DNA of 64,000 bases from assembly GCA_039714495.1 (NCBI GenBank), contig JBDLJD010000002.1:268-64267 (forward strand), written 5' to 3'. Positions 41,193-48,913 of the stretch are shown piece after piece; the stretch's first letter is position 1; the number at the start of each line of letters is the position of its first letter. The notes under the pieces were generated by a model. It ran no database searches. It saw nothing but the letters and a program-made list of their open reading frames with translations, and had not been told where the DNA came from. The DNA comes from Thermodesulfobacteriota bacterium (GTDB lineage: Bacteria > Desulfobacterota > Desulfobacteria > Desulfobacterales > B30-G6). Made by a program: the position numbers and the translations under genes.

Positions 41193-42089
41193 CTATTTGT
41201 CCAGCAGTCCGGCTGTTTTCAGAATCTGTTTCATTCCCTCACGGGCCGTTTCATCAAGGGGCAGGAGGGGGGGGCGCGGCTCTCCGCCGTCGTAACCCAG
41301 CATGTCCATAGCGGCCTTGAGCCCGGCGATGCCGAAGGTGGCGGTCACGGCCCGGTTTACAGGCAGCATTTTGAGCTGCAGGTCCCTGGCTCTTTCTATA
41401 TCGCCTTCATTCAAAAGTGTCATTATCTGGACACATTCTCTGGGAGCCACGTTGGCCAGCGCCAGGATGCCTCCCGGACACCCCAGGGTCAGCGCGGCCA
41501 GCAAAGCGCCGGCGGTTCCCACCAGCACCTGAAAACCGTCGTCCACACGGGAAAGGAGCTCACCCATCTGGGCCACGTTGCCTGAGCTGTCCTTGATGCC
41601 GGCAATGTTGGGGTGGCCAGAGAGTTTCAGGATGGTGGCAAGATCGATGTTGATGTTGGTGAACTTGGGGACATTGTACAGCAGAATTGGAATGTCGGCA
41701 TGGTCGGCCACCTGCACGAAGTGGTCTTCCAAGGCGGCCGGGGTCATTTTGCCGCCGTAATAGCAGGGGGTGACCACCAGAGCCGCGTGGGCGCCCATCG
41801 CGGCGCAGTCATTGGTAAGGTGGATGGTTTCCCGGGTTGATTCGCAGCCGGACCCCACCATCACGACCATGTCGTCAGGCGTTGCCGCCACCACTGTTTT
41901 TACGGCCTCTCTTTTTTCAGCTTCGGAAAGATAAGGGTATTCCCCATTGGACCCGAGCACGAGCACCCCTCTGATACCGGTTTGCGACAACCGGGCAACA
42001 TTGCGGGCCAGCGCCCCATGGTCGATATTCCCCTTTTCATCAAATGGTGTGGCAATGGGCGGTATGATGCCGGTCAGATCTATTTTCAT
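41193..42089 (-). CDS. Dihydrodipicolinate synthase/N-acetylneuraminate lyase family protein
   Basis: 298 aa with the DapA-family pattern (IATPF, GVLVLGSNGEYPYLS, VMVGSG, active-site Lys in GIKDSSG). Confidence 0.8.
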   Translation of the reverse strand: MKIDLTGIIPPIATPFDEKGNIDHGALARNVARLSQTGIRGVLVLGSNGEYPYLSEAEKREAVKTVVAATPDDMVVMVGSGCESTRETIHLTNDCAAMGAHAALVVTPCYYGGKMTPAALEDHFVQVADHADIPILLYNVPKFTNINIDLATILKLSGHPNIAGIKDSSGNVAQMGELLSRVDDGFQVLVGTAGALLAALTLGCPGGILALANVAPRECVQIMTLLNEGDIERARDLQLKMLPVNRAVTATFGIAGLKAAMDMLGYDGGEPRPPLLPLDETAREGMKQILKTAGLLDK

Positions 42090-42183
42090 GATTTAGTATC
42101 CGTATATTCCAATAAGAAGTTGAAAGAATCATTGCTGGTTGGAATAAAAACAATATTTTATTCTTGTGCAATATATCAATCTC

Positions 42184-42204
42184 TTGCCATGTTGTTTATG
42201 CAAC
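42184..42204 (+). promoter_or_regulatory. Dispersed motif B copy 3 (TTGCCATGTTGTTTATGCAAC)
   Basis: See 3337-3357. It lies in the AT-rich region between the dapA-like gene and the DUF86 remnant. Confidence 0.55.
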
Positions 42205-42380
42205 TTTCGGGTTCAATAACGTGTTGATGCACAAATATCTTTTTGACATATTTATTTATGGAAAAGCAAGATTCCTATCTTCTCTTGATAATTAAGTCAA
42301 GAAATTAGTATATTGTATAAAATATTAAGTGGTTATCTACTGATAGTTTTGATGGTGCCAAGGCAATCGAACGAACTCAT

Positions 42381-42545
42381 TTGGAAAGATTAAAAATCCT
42401 GTCGGCTTCACTACCCTCATTTGAAGGATACCAGGCATCGGTTGATTCAAAAGATATAGCAGAAAGAAATATTCAGGTGGCAATCGAAACATGCCTGGAT
42501 ATCGGTAAAATAATTATTTCAAGTGAAAGACTTAACGAGCGGCGC
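42381..42545 (+). pseudogene. Remnant of a DUF86 (HepT-like toxin) gene
   Basis: Only about 55 codons look like DUF86 (DIAERNIQVAIETCLDIGKIIIS). The rest of the 112-aa ORF is read-through antisense to the nitrilase gene. No cognate nucleotidyltransferase gene is present. Confidence 0.4.
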
Positions 42546-42578
42546 AGCCGCGTCACACATAAATCTGCGTCAGCAGAT

Positions 42579-43385
42579 TTATGTATAGAGCTCGGGCCGC
42601 CTGTTAGGCAGAAAGAAGTGCATCCGGTTGTCGCGCACCCGCTGAAATTCATCGGCTTTCAGATCGAAGGTGTGCAGGGCCTCCTCACCGGTGGTCCACT
42701 CTTCCAGGATGTGCCCTGAGGGGCCGATGACCACGGCGTTTCCGGGAAAACACAACCCCTTTTCATTATCGCCCGTCTGATTGCAGGCAATGACAAACAG
42801 ACTGTTGTCGTAGGCCCTGGCCGGCAGATGGCGCATCCATGAGCGGTGTTTGTCGATGGCCCTGCCCCGGGGGGAGGCATGGGGCACGAATATCACTTCC
42901 GCACCCTGCATGGCCATGCGGGTGGAGAGTTCCGGGAAATGAGCGTCGTAGCACAACTGAATGCCGAACGTCATCCCCTGAAATTCAAACACGGGAATAT
43001 CTGCACCAGCGGTGTACATGGCCTGTTCCGTGGGGGCGATGTGGAGTTTGCGGTATATGCCCAGCAGCCCGTCGGGTGAAATGGCGACATGGGCGGCATG
43101 GACGCACCCGTTTTTCCCCTTTTCGGCAAGGCCGGCCAGGATAAGCATATTTTCATTTTTCGAGAGGGCCGCGAGTTCGTTGACCGAAGGGCCGGGGATG
43201 GGTTCTGCCGCATGGGCGATATCCGGATGGTTGCTGTAGCCGGTAATGTTCATTTCCGGAAAGCAGATCACTTCAGCCCCTGCGGCAGCGGCATTTTTCA
43301 CGCAACCAGAGGCTTTGTCCAGGTTACCGCGGGTGTTGCCGACGCTGGCATTGAAAACGGCTATGGCTATTGTTATATCTCGCAT
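42579..43385 (-). CDS. Carbon-nitrogen hydrolase (nitrilase superfamily)
   Basis: It has the Glu-Lys-Cys triad context (CFPEMNITGY, YRKLHI, GIQLCYDAHFPE). ATG 43385 is preferred over TTG 43415, which lies inside a repeat. A 12-bp hairpin overlaps the stop. Confidence 0.8.
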   Translation of the reverse strand: MRDITIAIAVFNASVGNTRGNLDKASGCVKNAAAAGAEVICFPEMNITGYSNHPDIAHAAEPIPGPSVNELAALSKNENMLILAGLAEKGKNGCVHAAHVAISPDGLLGIYRKLHIAPTEQAMYTAGADIPVFEFQGMTFGIQLCYDAHFPELSTRMAMQGAEVIFVPHASPRGRAIDKHRSWMRHLPARAYDNSLFVIACNQTGDNEKGLCFPGNAVVIGPSGHILEEWTTGEEALHTFDLKADEFQRVRDNRMHFFLPNRRPELYT

Positions 43386-43394
43386 TTTAAAAGG

Positions 43395-43545
43395 GGTCCA
43401 GGAGTCGAGGGTCAAGGGGCCAAGGGTTATAAAGGCAGGTCATAGCTGTTAGCTCGTAGCTCATAGCCGGCTATCAGCTACAAGCTATGAGCTAATTGCC
43501 CACTTGACCCTTGGAACCCTTGACTCCTTGAATCCTCATGGATTA
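43395..43545. repeat. Hairpin-forming short-period repeat block
   Basis: GGAGTCGAGGGTCAAGGGGCCAAGGGTT and its imperfect inverse CTTGACCCTTGGAACCCTTGACTCC flank AGCTxxxAGCT units (CATAGCTGTTAGCTCGTAGCTCATAGCCGGCTATCAGCTACAAGCTATGAGCT). Confidence 0.75.
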
Positions 43546-43591
43546 CGCTTTATATAAAAGAAATTTATTATTTAGTTTTTTCCCATATCAA

Positions 43592-44041
43592 CTAAAGTGT
43601 AAATTGTGCTTTTATTTTATACACCCGGGTTGCCGGCAGATTTAGGATTCTTGCAACACCGGTCTGGCGTGAGATGTCCTTCAGGTTTTCTTCGATAATG
43701 CTGCGCGAGGGCGCGATAAAGGTGAACCATACGTTGAAATGGTTTTCTCGCCGGTAGTTGTGGGTCACGCCGGTGTAGCTGTTGACCACCTTCTTGAACA
43801 GTGCGAGTTTGTCGTCAGGCACGCTGGCGGCGCACAAGGTGCTGACATACCCCAGTTTTTCCGGAACGAAATTGCCGCCGATTCTGCGGATGATCCCGGC
43901 TTTTCTCAATCGGGCAACCCGTTGGAGCACGTCTTCCTCTTCAAGGCCCAGGTCCCGGGCGATGGTATGGTAGGGCCTTGCCGTGATGGGGAAGTCGGAC
44001 TGAATCCGGTTGATTATGCGTTTGTCAATGTTGTCGATCAT
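43592..44041 (-). CDS. AsnC/Lrp-like protein of the siroheme decarboxylase (AhbA/AhbB, NirDLGH) type
   Basis: 149 aa. IDKRIINRIQSDFPITARPYHTIARDLGLEEEDVLQRVARLRKAGIIRRIG...THNYRR matches the alternative haem biosynthesis decarboxylase subunits rather than classical Lrp. Confidence 0.65.
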   Translation of the reverse strand: MIDNIDKRIINRIQSDFPITARPYHTIARDLGLEEEDVLQRVARLRKAGIIRRIGGNFVPEKLGYVSTLCAASVPDDKLALFKKVVNSYTGVTHNYRRENHFNVWFTFIAPSRSIIEENLKDISRQTGVARILNLPATRVYKIKAQFTL

Positions 44042-44071
44042 CGGTAATATTGTGTTTCATTGAAAGGCTAA

Positions 44072-44461
44072 TTAACTCAGGATTGTCACATTGACTTTCC
44101 TGGTCCGGGGCCCGTCGAACTCACAGAAAAACACCCCCTGCCAGGTTCCCAGAACAAGGCGCCCCTTTTCAACGGCAATCAGTTCCGACGCCCCCACCAG
44201 GGTGGATTTTATATGGGCCGGCGAGTTGCCCTCCATATGCCGGTACCCGGCTTCCCACGGGACGACCTGGTTGATCACTTTCAGCATGTCCGACTTGACG
44301 CTGGGGTCGGCGCTTTCATTGATGGTCACCGCGGCGGTTGTGTGGGGAATAAACACAAAGCAGAGCCCCTCTTCCAGGCCGCTTTTTTGGATCGCATCCT
44401 GAACGGAGGCGGTAATGTCAATCATTTCAGTCTGTGATCGGGTTTTTACGGTGAGCTGCAT
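44072..44461 (-). CDS. YjbQ/UPF0047 family protein
   Basis: 129 aa. The sequences ...IDITASVQ..., FIPHTTAAVTINE and MEGNSPAHIKS are family signatures. Confidence 0.85.
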   Translation of the reverse strand: MQLTVKTRSQTEMIDITASVQDAIQKSGLEEGLCFVFIPHTTAAVTINESADPSVKSDMLKVINQVVPWEAGYRHMEGNSPAHIKSTLVGASELIAVEKGRLVLGTWQGVFFCEFDGPRTRKVNVTILS

Positions 44462-44585
44462 GGTTTCTCCATTAAGGCATTCTATCTTTTGTGAAGTCGG
44501 GCGAATATCCCTGAATCTTGCACGCGTTGGAGGCTTTCATCAAATTCCATGCATGATTCAAATATTACCTGGATCTTGCGCGGGT

Positions 44586-44674
44586 CGGAGGCTTCCATAG
44601 GCAAGGCATCTAAGGGTGAAGTCGTAGTGTGGTTTACTTCGAACCCTTAGTAACGCTGCATATGGGAGCCTCCG
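44586..44674. repeat. Nested hairpin element, copy 2
   Basis: The outer stem pairs CGGAGGCTTCCATA (44586-44599) with TATGGGAGCCTCCG (44661-44674). The core at 44610-44650 is nearly identical to 3151-3189. The outer stems differ in sequence but keep their pairing. Confidence 0.8.
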
Positions 44675-44764
44675 GCTCGCCCGAAGGGTGGAATTGGATG
44701 GTCAAATAGACTAACATCAACACTGAGCTTTAATAAAAGACCATCAAATTCCATGCATGATTCA

Positions 44765-44796
44765 GAAAAAAAGGCCCTGCTGAATAGCAGGGCCTT
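44765..44796 (-). terminator. Rho-independent terminator of dsrC
   Basis: On the minus strand the stem AGGCCCTGC-TATTCA-GCAGGGCCT is followed by TTTTTTT. It lies 41 nt after the dsrC stop. Confidence 0.8.
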
Positions 44797-44836
44797 TATC
44801 GTCTTTAGATCCAGTAACTGAACACTGTTGTGCGGA

Positions 44837-45154
44837 TTACACACATCCGGTCGGTTTCGGAAGACCGGCCATCTTACAGGCTCCCTTGCCCGGGCCTGAG
44901 GGGAACAGCTCATAGATGTGTTTCAGTTTGAAACCGGTAACCTTGGAAAGAACGCGAACCATAGGTGCGATACCATTCTTTTCGTAGTACTCTCTCAGAA
45001 CGGTAATAACTTTCTGATGCTCGTCGTTCAATTCTTCAATACCTTCTTCCTTTTTGACCAACTGAACCCATTCTTGGCTCCAGTTTTCATAGGAATCGAT
45101 AAATCCATCTTCATCAACACTGAAAGTTTTTCCCTGAAATTCTACTTCTGGCAT
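44837..45154 (-). CDS. dsrC: DsrC (dissimilatory sulfite reductase-associated protein; TusE/DsrC family with both C-terminal Cys)
   Basis: 105 aa ending ...GKGACKMAGLPKPTGCV, with the penultimate Cys and the Cys 11 residues upstream. Strong RBS AAAGGAGGG. Confidence 0.9.
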   Translation of the reverse strand: MPEVEFQGKTFSVDEDGFIDSYENWSQEWVQLVKKEEGIEELNDEHQKVITVLREYYEKNGIAPMVRVLSKVTGFKLKHIYELFPSGPGKGACKMAGLPKPTGCV

Positions 45155-45427
45155 TTAATAACCCTCCTTTAATATGATTATTCCTTCTGTGGCCTTTTGA
45201 GCCTTGACTTCGATTGTAAAAATATAACTAATAGTTGATATGATACCTATTGTCAACACGAAAAAATGTGTCCCCTATGCCGGGCTTTACTATAAAATAT
45301 TGTAATAATATTAGTATGTTAAAATAAGACTCTCTTTATTTGCCTTAAAATATAAGCACGAAAACACCAAACGTCAAAATCATAATTACTTAAATGGGTT
45401 CAGCTCAGTTTCCTGCTGTCGGGCAGC

Positions 45428-46282
45428 CTAATATTCCTTGGGTGTCTTATTGATCTGGTCCAGGGTGAAAACAGGGCCGTCTTTACACACCAGCTCTTTG
45501 CCGATACCGCAGCGGCCGCACATGCCGAACCCGCACTTCATTCTGTTTTCCAGGGACATGATGATGTGGTCATGGGCATATCCCAGTTTTTCCAGAACCG
45601 GAAGGGTGAATTTGATCATGATCGGCGGACCGCAGACAATGGCATAGGTATCGTCGTCACCCTGGGGCGCCTTCTGCTCGGTGATCGGGGGGGTGAACCC
45701 CACGTTGTATTCCCACCCTTCGGACGGGGCGTCGATGGTCAGGTGCATGTTGATGTCATCCCGTTTTTCCCATGCGACCAGTTCATCCTTGTACAGCAGC
45801 ATACCCGGTGTCCGGGCACCGTACACCACATCGATATCCCCGAACCTGGAACGATTTTCCGGATCGAGCATGTAAACGATGGAGGAGCGCAGGGTGGTAA
45901 AGGCAAATCCGCCGCCGACGATGAGGATGTTCTTGCCCTCGAGAAGGTCCCAGGGATACCAGTTGCCCATGGGGCCCCGGATGCCCATGATATCGCCCTC
46001 TTGCATGTTGTGAAGGTGGGAGGTGACGACACCTGCCTTGAAAACGGTGAATTTGACAAAGCCTTTTTCCACGGGCGAAGAGGCAATGCCGATGGGGATT
46101 TCGCCGATGCCGGGAACAGAGAGTTCGGCGAACTGACCGGCCTCATAAGCAAACTTCTCTTCGTCACCATCGTTCAGGAAGACAAATTTAAATGTTTTAA
46201 GACTTTTATCCTCTGTTGCCACCTCGATGTCATCGATGCGAACCGGATAAGGTACATAGGGGTTTAACACGTGATCCTCCAT
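45428..46282 (-). CDS. FAD/NAD(P)-binding, [2Fe-2S] oxidoreductase subunit (AsrB / PyrK / sulfhydrogenase-gamma-like)
   Basis: 284 aa with a ferredoxin-reductase-type FAD and NAD fold (ILIVGGGFAFT) and a C-terminal CGFGMCGRCGIGKELVCKDGP cluster motif. Confidence 0.8.
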   Translation of the reverse strand: MEDHVLNPYVPYPVRIDDIEVATEDKSLKTFKFVFLNDGDEEKFAYEAGQFAELSVPGIGEIPIGIASSPVEKGFVKFTVFKAGVVTSHLHNMQEGDIMGIRGPMGNWYPWDLLEGKNILIVGGGFAFTTLRSSIVYMLDPENRSRFGDIDVVYGARTPGMLLYKDELVAWEKRDDINMHLTIDAPSEGWEYNVGFTPPITEQKAPQGDDDTYAIVCGPPIMIKFTLPVLEKLGYAHDHIIMSLENRMKCGFGMCGRCGIGKELVCKDGPVFTLDQINKTPKEY

Positions 46283-46286
46283 CTAC

Positions 46287-47351
46287 TTATTCATTTACCG
46301 CGCAGGTCGCCTCTGCGGCATTGTAACTGTTCATCAGGTTGCAGACCCTGCGAATGTCGATGTTGACCGGGCATTGACTGACGCAGCGGCCGCACCCGAC
46401 ACACATGATGCCTTTATCGTATTTGTCCACAAAATATTTCAATTTATGCATGAAGCGTTGCCGCACCCGCTGGGTCTTGGTGCCTCTGGGATTGTGTCCG
46501 GTGGTGTGCACAGTGAACAAGGGGAACATGCAGCTGTCCCAGTTTTTCATTCTTTTGCCCGCTTTGCCGTGCACTTCGTCCTGAAGGTCGAAGCACCAGC
46601 AGGTGGGGCAGGTGTAGGTGCATGTACCGCAGTTGAGACAGGCAAAGGCAACATCTTCCCAAAAGGAGGCGCCGTGCAGCTCCATCAGGTCCTGGTTTTT
46701 CAGGTTGTCCATTTCAACGGTGGAGGTGATCTTGGCCTCGGCTGCCTCTTTTCTGGTTTCAATCTCTGCAGCGTCCCCGGCGGGGGTGTCCCAGCCGGCA
46801 GCTTCGGTTAAAGCCTTTCCTTTGTCAGTCAGCACCTTGGCCAGATAGTGGTCGCCGCCCTCTATCAGGAGTACGTCCAGCCCCTCTTCGTTGTAGGGTC
46901 CGCATCCCGTGGAGGTGCAAAAACAGGTGTTTCTGGGTTCGTCGCAGGCCAGTCCGACAAATGTCGTGGCTTCCAGGGCCTTAACCCAGTACGGGTCCTG
47001 GTATTCAGACGTATCGAAGTTCAGGTTCACCAAGGTGACTGCTTTGGCATCACAAGGCCGTATCCCCAGAACCGCCCGGGGAGAGCTGTCCTTCTCAACG
47101 GGTTTCATGATGTGGTGGTCTTCATCATTCTCATCCAGGCTGTATTCGATGATGGTGTCGGATTGCGGGAAAAGAATCGCTTTGGGGGAAAGCCGGGAGT
47201 TGGCAAAACCGAGCTCCGGTTGCTCCCCGGCATCCAGGGATGTAAAGCTGTAGTAATCCTTCTCCTTTGCCGGCCCGAACAGATGGTAGGCTTTCTGGAG
47301 TGCCTCCAGCCCTTTGTCCCACTGCTTTTTGTCGATTTTTACTAACGTCAT
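46287..47351 (-). CDS. 4Fe-4S dicluster subunit (AsrA / sulfhydrogenase-beta-like)
   Basis: 354 aa containing CLNCGTCTYTCPTCWCFD and CVGCGRCVSQCP. It lies 4 nt upstream of the AsrB-like gene. Confidence 0.75.
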   Translation of the reverse strand: MTLVKIDKKQWDKGLEALQKAYHLFGPAKEKDYYSFTSLDAGEQPELGFANSRLSPKAILFPQSDTIIEYSLDENDEDHHIMKPVEKDSSPRAVLGIRPCDAKAVTLVNLNFDTSEYQDPYWVKALEATTFVGLACDEPRNTCFCTSTGCGPYNEEGLDVLLIEGGDHYLAKVLTDKGKALTEAAGWDTPAGDAAEIETRKEAAEAKITSTVEMDNLKNQDLMELHGASFWEDVAFACLNCGTCTYTCPTCWCFDLQDEVHGKAGKRMKNWDSCMFPLFTVHTTGHNPRGTKTQRVRQRFMHKLKYFVDKYDKGIMCVGCGRCVSQCPVNIDIRRVCNLMNSYNAAEATCAVNE

Positions 47352-47370
47352 AATAAGTATGCCTTTTTAA

Positions 47371-48318
47371 TTAACGTATAAAATCATCCGGATCGTCTGG
47401 ACGGTATGTATCCAGAGGCGGCCTTACATCCAGGGTCAGGCCGGCTTCCCAACCGAACTGTTCAAAACTGTCTTTCTCAAGTTTTTGGGTGAACACCCGC
47501 ATGTTGATGCCCACCGGGCAGGCGCGCTCGCATGCGCCGCAGTCCGTGCACCGTCCTGCACAGTGAAAGGCCCTTAGAAAATGGAAGGTTCTGACATCGG
47601 TCGGGTCCTGCCCTTTGCCGACCCACTGGGGTTTGGATTCGTCCACAAAGCAGGTAGGGCAGTAGCAGAGGGGACAGGCATTCTTGCAGGCATAGCAGCG
47701 GATGCACGGAGAAAGGAGTTCCTCGAAGAAGTTCCACTTATCTTCAGGGTTCAGGGCCTCGATTTTCCGGACATCCTCGTAGCGGTCCACGTCCTTTTGT
47801 TCCTCCACCGGGTCGGTCACCATTTCGTCGAAAATGACCGGGTTGCGGTGGATGCAAACCGCACAGTTTTTCTGCAGGACATCGGCTTTGTCAAGTTCGT
47901 TCGCTTTACCGTCGACAGTTACCGTAATTTTCTGACCGCTTTCGGCCACATCCTGAATCTCACCGTCGAACATGGCATTGATCTTGTGCTTGTCGATCAT
48001 GCCCTGGCAGGGAACACCGATAATGTAAAGCTGTTCCCGGCTGATTTTGTTCTCGATGATATGGGTGACGATGTTGCGCGTATCGCACCCCTTGGCGATG
48101 ATGCCGATCTTTTCCGCGCGGTTGGTCAGGTAATTGGCCAGGTTGATACCGCAGTTGCTGTCCCAGACGAGCTGCGCTGTATCTTCCGCATTGTTGATGA
48201 AGCAGGGTTCGTTCATCATGGGCATGCTCCCCTTGCGGAACCCGATGACCATGTCCACCTGGCACTCCTTGAGCAGCCGGGCGGATATCTCTTTAATCTT
48301 ATCGTTGTATTCTGACAT
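47371..48318 (-). CDS. FrhB/FdhB-like iron-sulfur flavoprotein-type subunit
   Basis: 315 aa with an N-terminal FrhB-like region and C-terminal CIRCYACKNACPLCYCPTC plus CTDCGACERACP. Confidence 0.65.
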   Translation of the reverse strand: MSEYNDKIKEISARLLKECQVDMVIGFRKGSMPMMNEPCFINNAEDTAQLVWDSNCGINLANYLTNRAEKIGIIAKGCDTRNIVTHIIENKISREQLYIIGVPCQGMIDKHKINAMFDGEIQDVAESGQKITVTVDGKANELDKADVLQKNCAVCIHRNPVIFDEMVTDPVEEQKDVDRYEDVRKIEALNPEDKWNFFEELLSPCIRCYACKNACPLCYCPTCFVDESKPQWVGKGQDPTDVRTFHFLRAFHCAGRCTDCGACERACPVGINMRVFTQKLEKDSFEQFGWEAGLTLDVRPPLDTYRPDDPDDFIR

Positions 48319-48319
48319 G

Positions 48320-48751
48320 TTATGCTACCTTGGCCTCGTGCTTGGCAAAATGCGTGTTCGGTCCCAGGGCTCTAACCTTTTCCGTAACTTCCTTGACCAC
48401 CTCCACAAATTTAGTGGATTCGGCCGAAGAGATCCACGAGTAGTGAATCCGGTCCGGTTCGATGCCCATGTGTTCCATGAGGTTTTTAAACAGCGAGAAT
48501 TTCCGACGAGCGTAGTAATTACCTTCCAGGTAATGGCATTCGCCGGGATGTCACCCGGACACCCAGACGCCGTCGGCGCCTTCCCTGAGAGCGGCCATGG
48601 CGAACTTGGGGCTCATGCGGCCGCTGCAGGGGATCCGGATGACCCGGATGTTGGAGGGGTACTCCATCCGGCTGACGCCTGCCAGGTCGGCAGCGCCGTA
48701 GCTGCACCAGTTACAAAGGAAACTGACGATTTTCGGTTCCCATTCTGACAT
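48320..48751 (-). CDS. mvhD: MvhD-type (methyl-viologen-reducing hydrogenase delta / FlpD) protein with in-frame UGA (selenocysteine)
   Basis: [25 protein letters not shown]...[12 protein letters not shown](48551-48553)[18 protein letters not shown]...HEAKVA. The reading frame and family similarity continue for 76 codons after the TGA, which replaces the first Cys of the GGCHxGDCHY motif. The start at 48751 follows AAGGAG; 48775 is an alternative. Confidence 0.8.
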
Positions 48752-48913
48752 TGTTGTAATCTCCTTCTCTGACATTTGATCTGTTTCCGCTGCCGTCCAG
48801 CCGATTGGATCAAACCATTTTATTTACAAAGTCCGAGGATTCTATGATTAGAGTGTTGGTAGCCGATGCGTTTTACTTGAAACCTTGGCCCCGCGACCCC
48901 TTGAATCCTGTAA

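Noticed and set aside
42546-42719. C-terminal half of the 112-aa ORF 42381-42719
   Set aside because: It overlaps the 3' end of the nitrilase-family gene in antisense and loses all DUF86 similarity. Only the first 55 or so codons are treated as a gene remnant.
48551-48553. TGA read as a genuine stop, making mvhD a truncated pseudogene
   Set aside because: The downstream frame stays open for 76 codons with continuous MvhD similarity. The codon replaces a conserved Cys, a hairpin follows at SECIS distance, and a second gene in the operon shows the same feature.
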